64,000 nucleotides of DNA from Octopus vulgaris. Lineage: Eukaryota. The first letter of the stretch is position 1. The number at the start of each line of letters is the position of its first letter. Below the pieces are notes generated by a model. That model did no database searches and had not been told where the DNA came from. It saw only the letters and a list, made by a program, of their open reading frames with translations. This document shows positions 63,967 through 64,000 of this stretch, piece by piece. Location: contig OX597817.1 in assembly GCA_951406725.2 (NCBI GenBank), forward strand, positions 28,520,001-28,584,000, read 5' to 3'. Both the position numbers and the translations under genes were made by a program.

Positions 63967-64000
63967 GGTAATGAAAAACTTCATTTATAAGAGCAGATCA

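Overview
AT-rich eukaryotic, repeat-dominated DNA. The SINE families present are ones I recognise from octopus genomes, so the source is most likely a coleoid cephalopod (inference). There is no intact protein-coding gene. The ORF track is explained by microsatellites, SINE reading frames and decayed transposon coding fragments. The window reads like the interior of a very long intron, probably transcribed on +. It contains three tRNA-type SINE families (about 25 copies); remnants of R4/Dong, RTE, CR1-group and Penelope retroelements; two decayed mariner elements; piggyBac-, hAT- and mariner-type MITEs; three Helitron pieces; a probable solo LTR; a 253-bp tandem triplication; and several long palindromes. 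The most interesting signals are: (1) candidate recursive-splicing sites (strong 3' splice site fused to a 5' splice site) at 63960/63961 and 4894/4895; (2) one SINE head carrying two alternative LINE-derived tails, with both candidate partner LINE 3' ends visible in the window and a covarying terminal hairpin; (3) two minimal, Penelope-type hammerhead ribozyme motifs; (4) a near-perfect 36-bp hairpin at 7116-7213. Boundaries of decayed repeats are approximate, and all family assignments are by eye.
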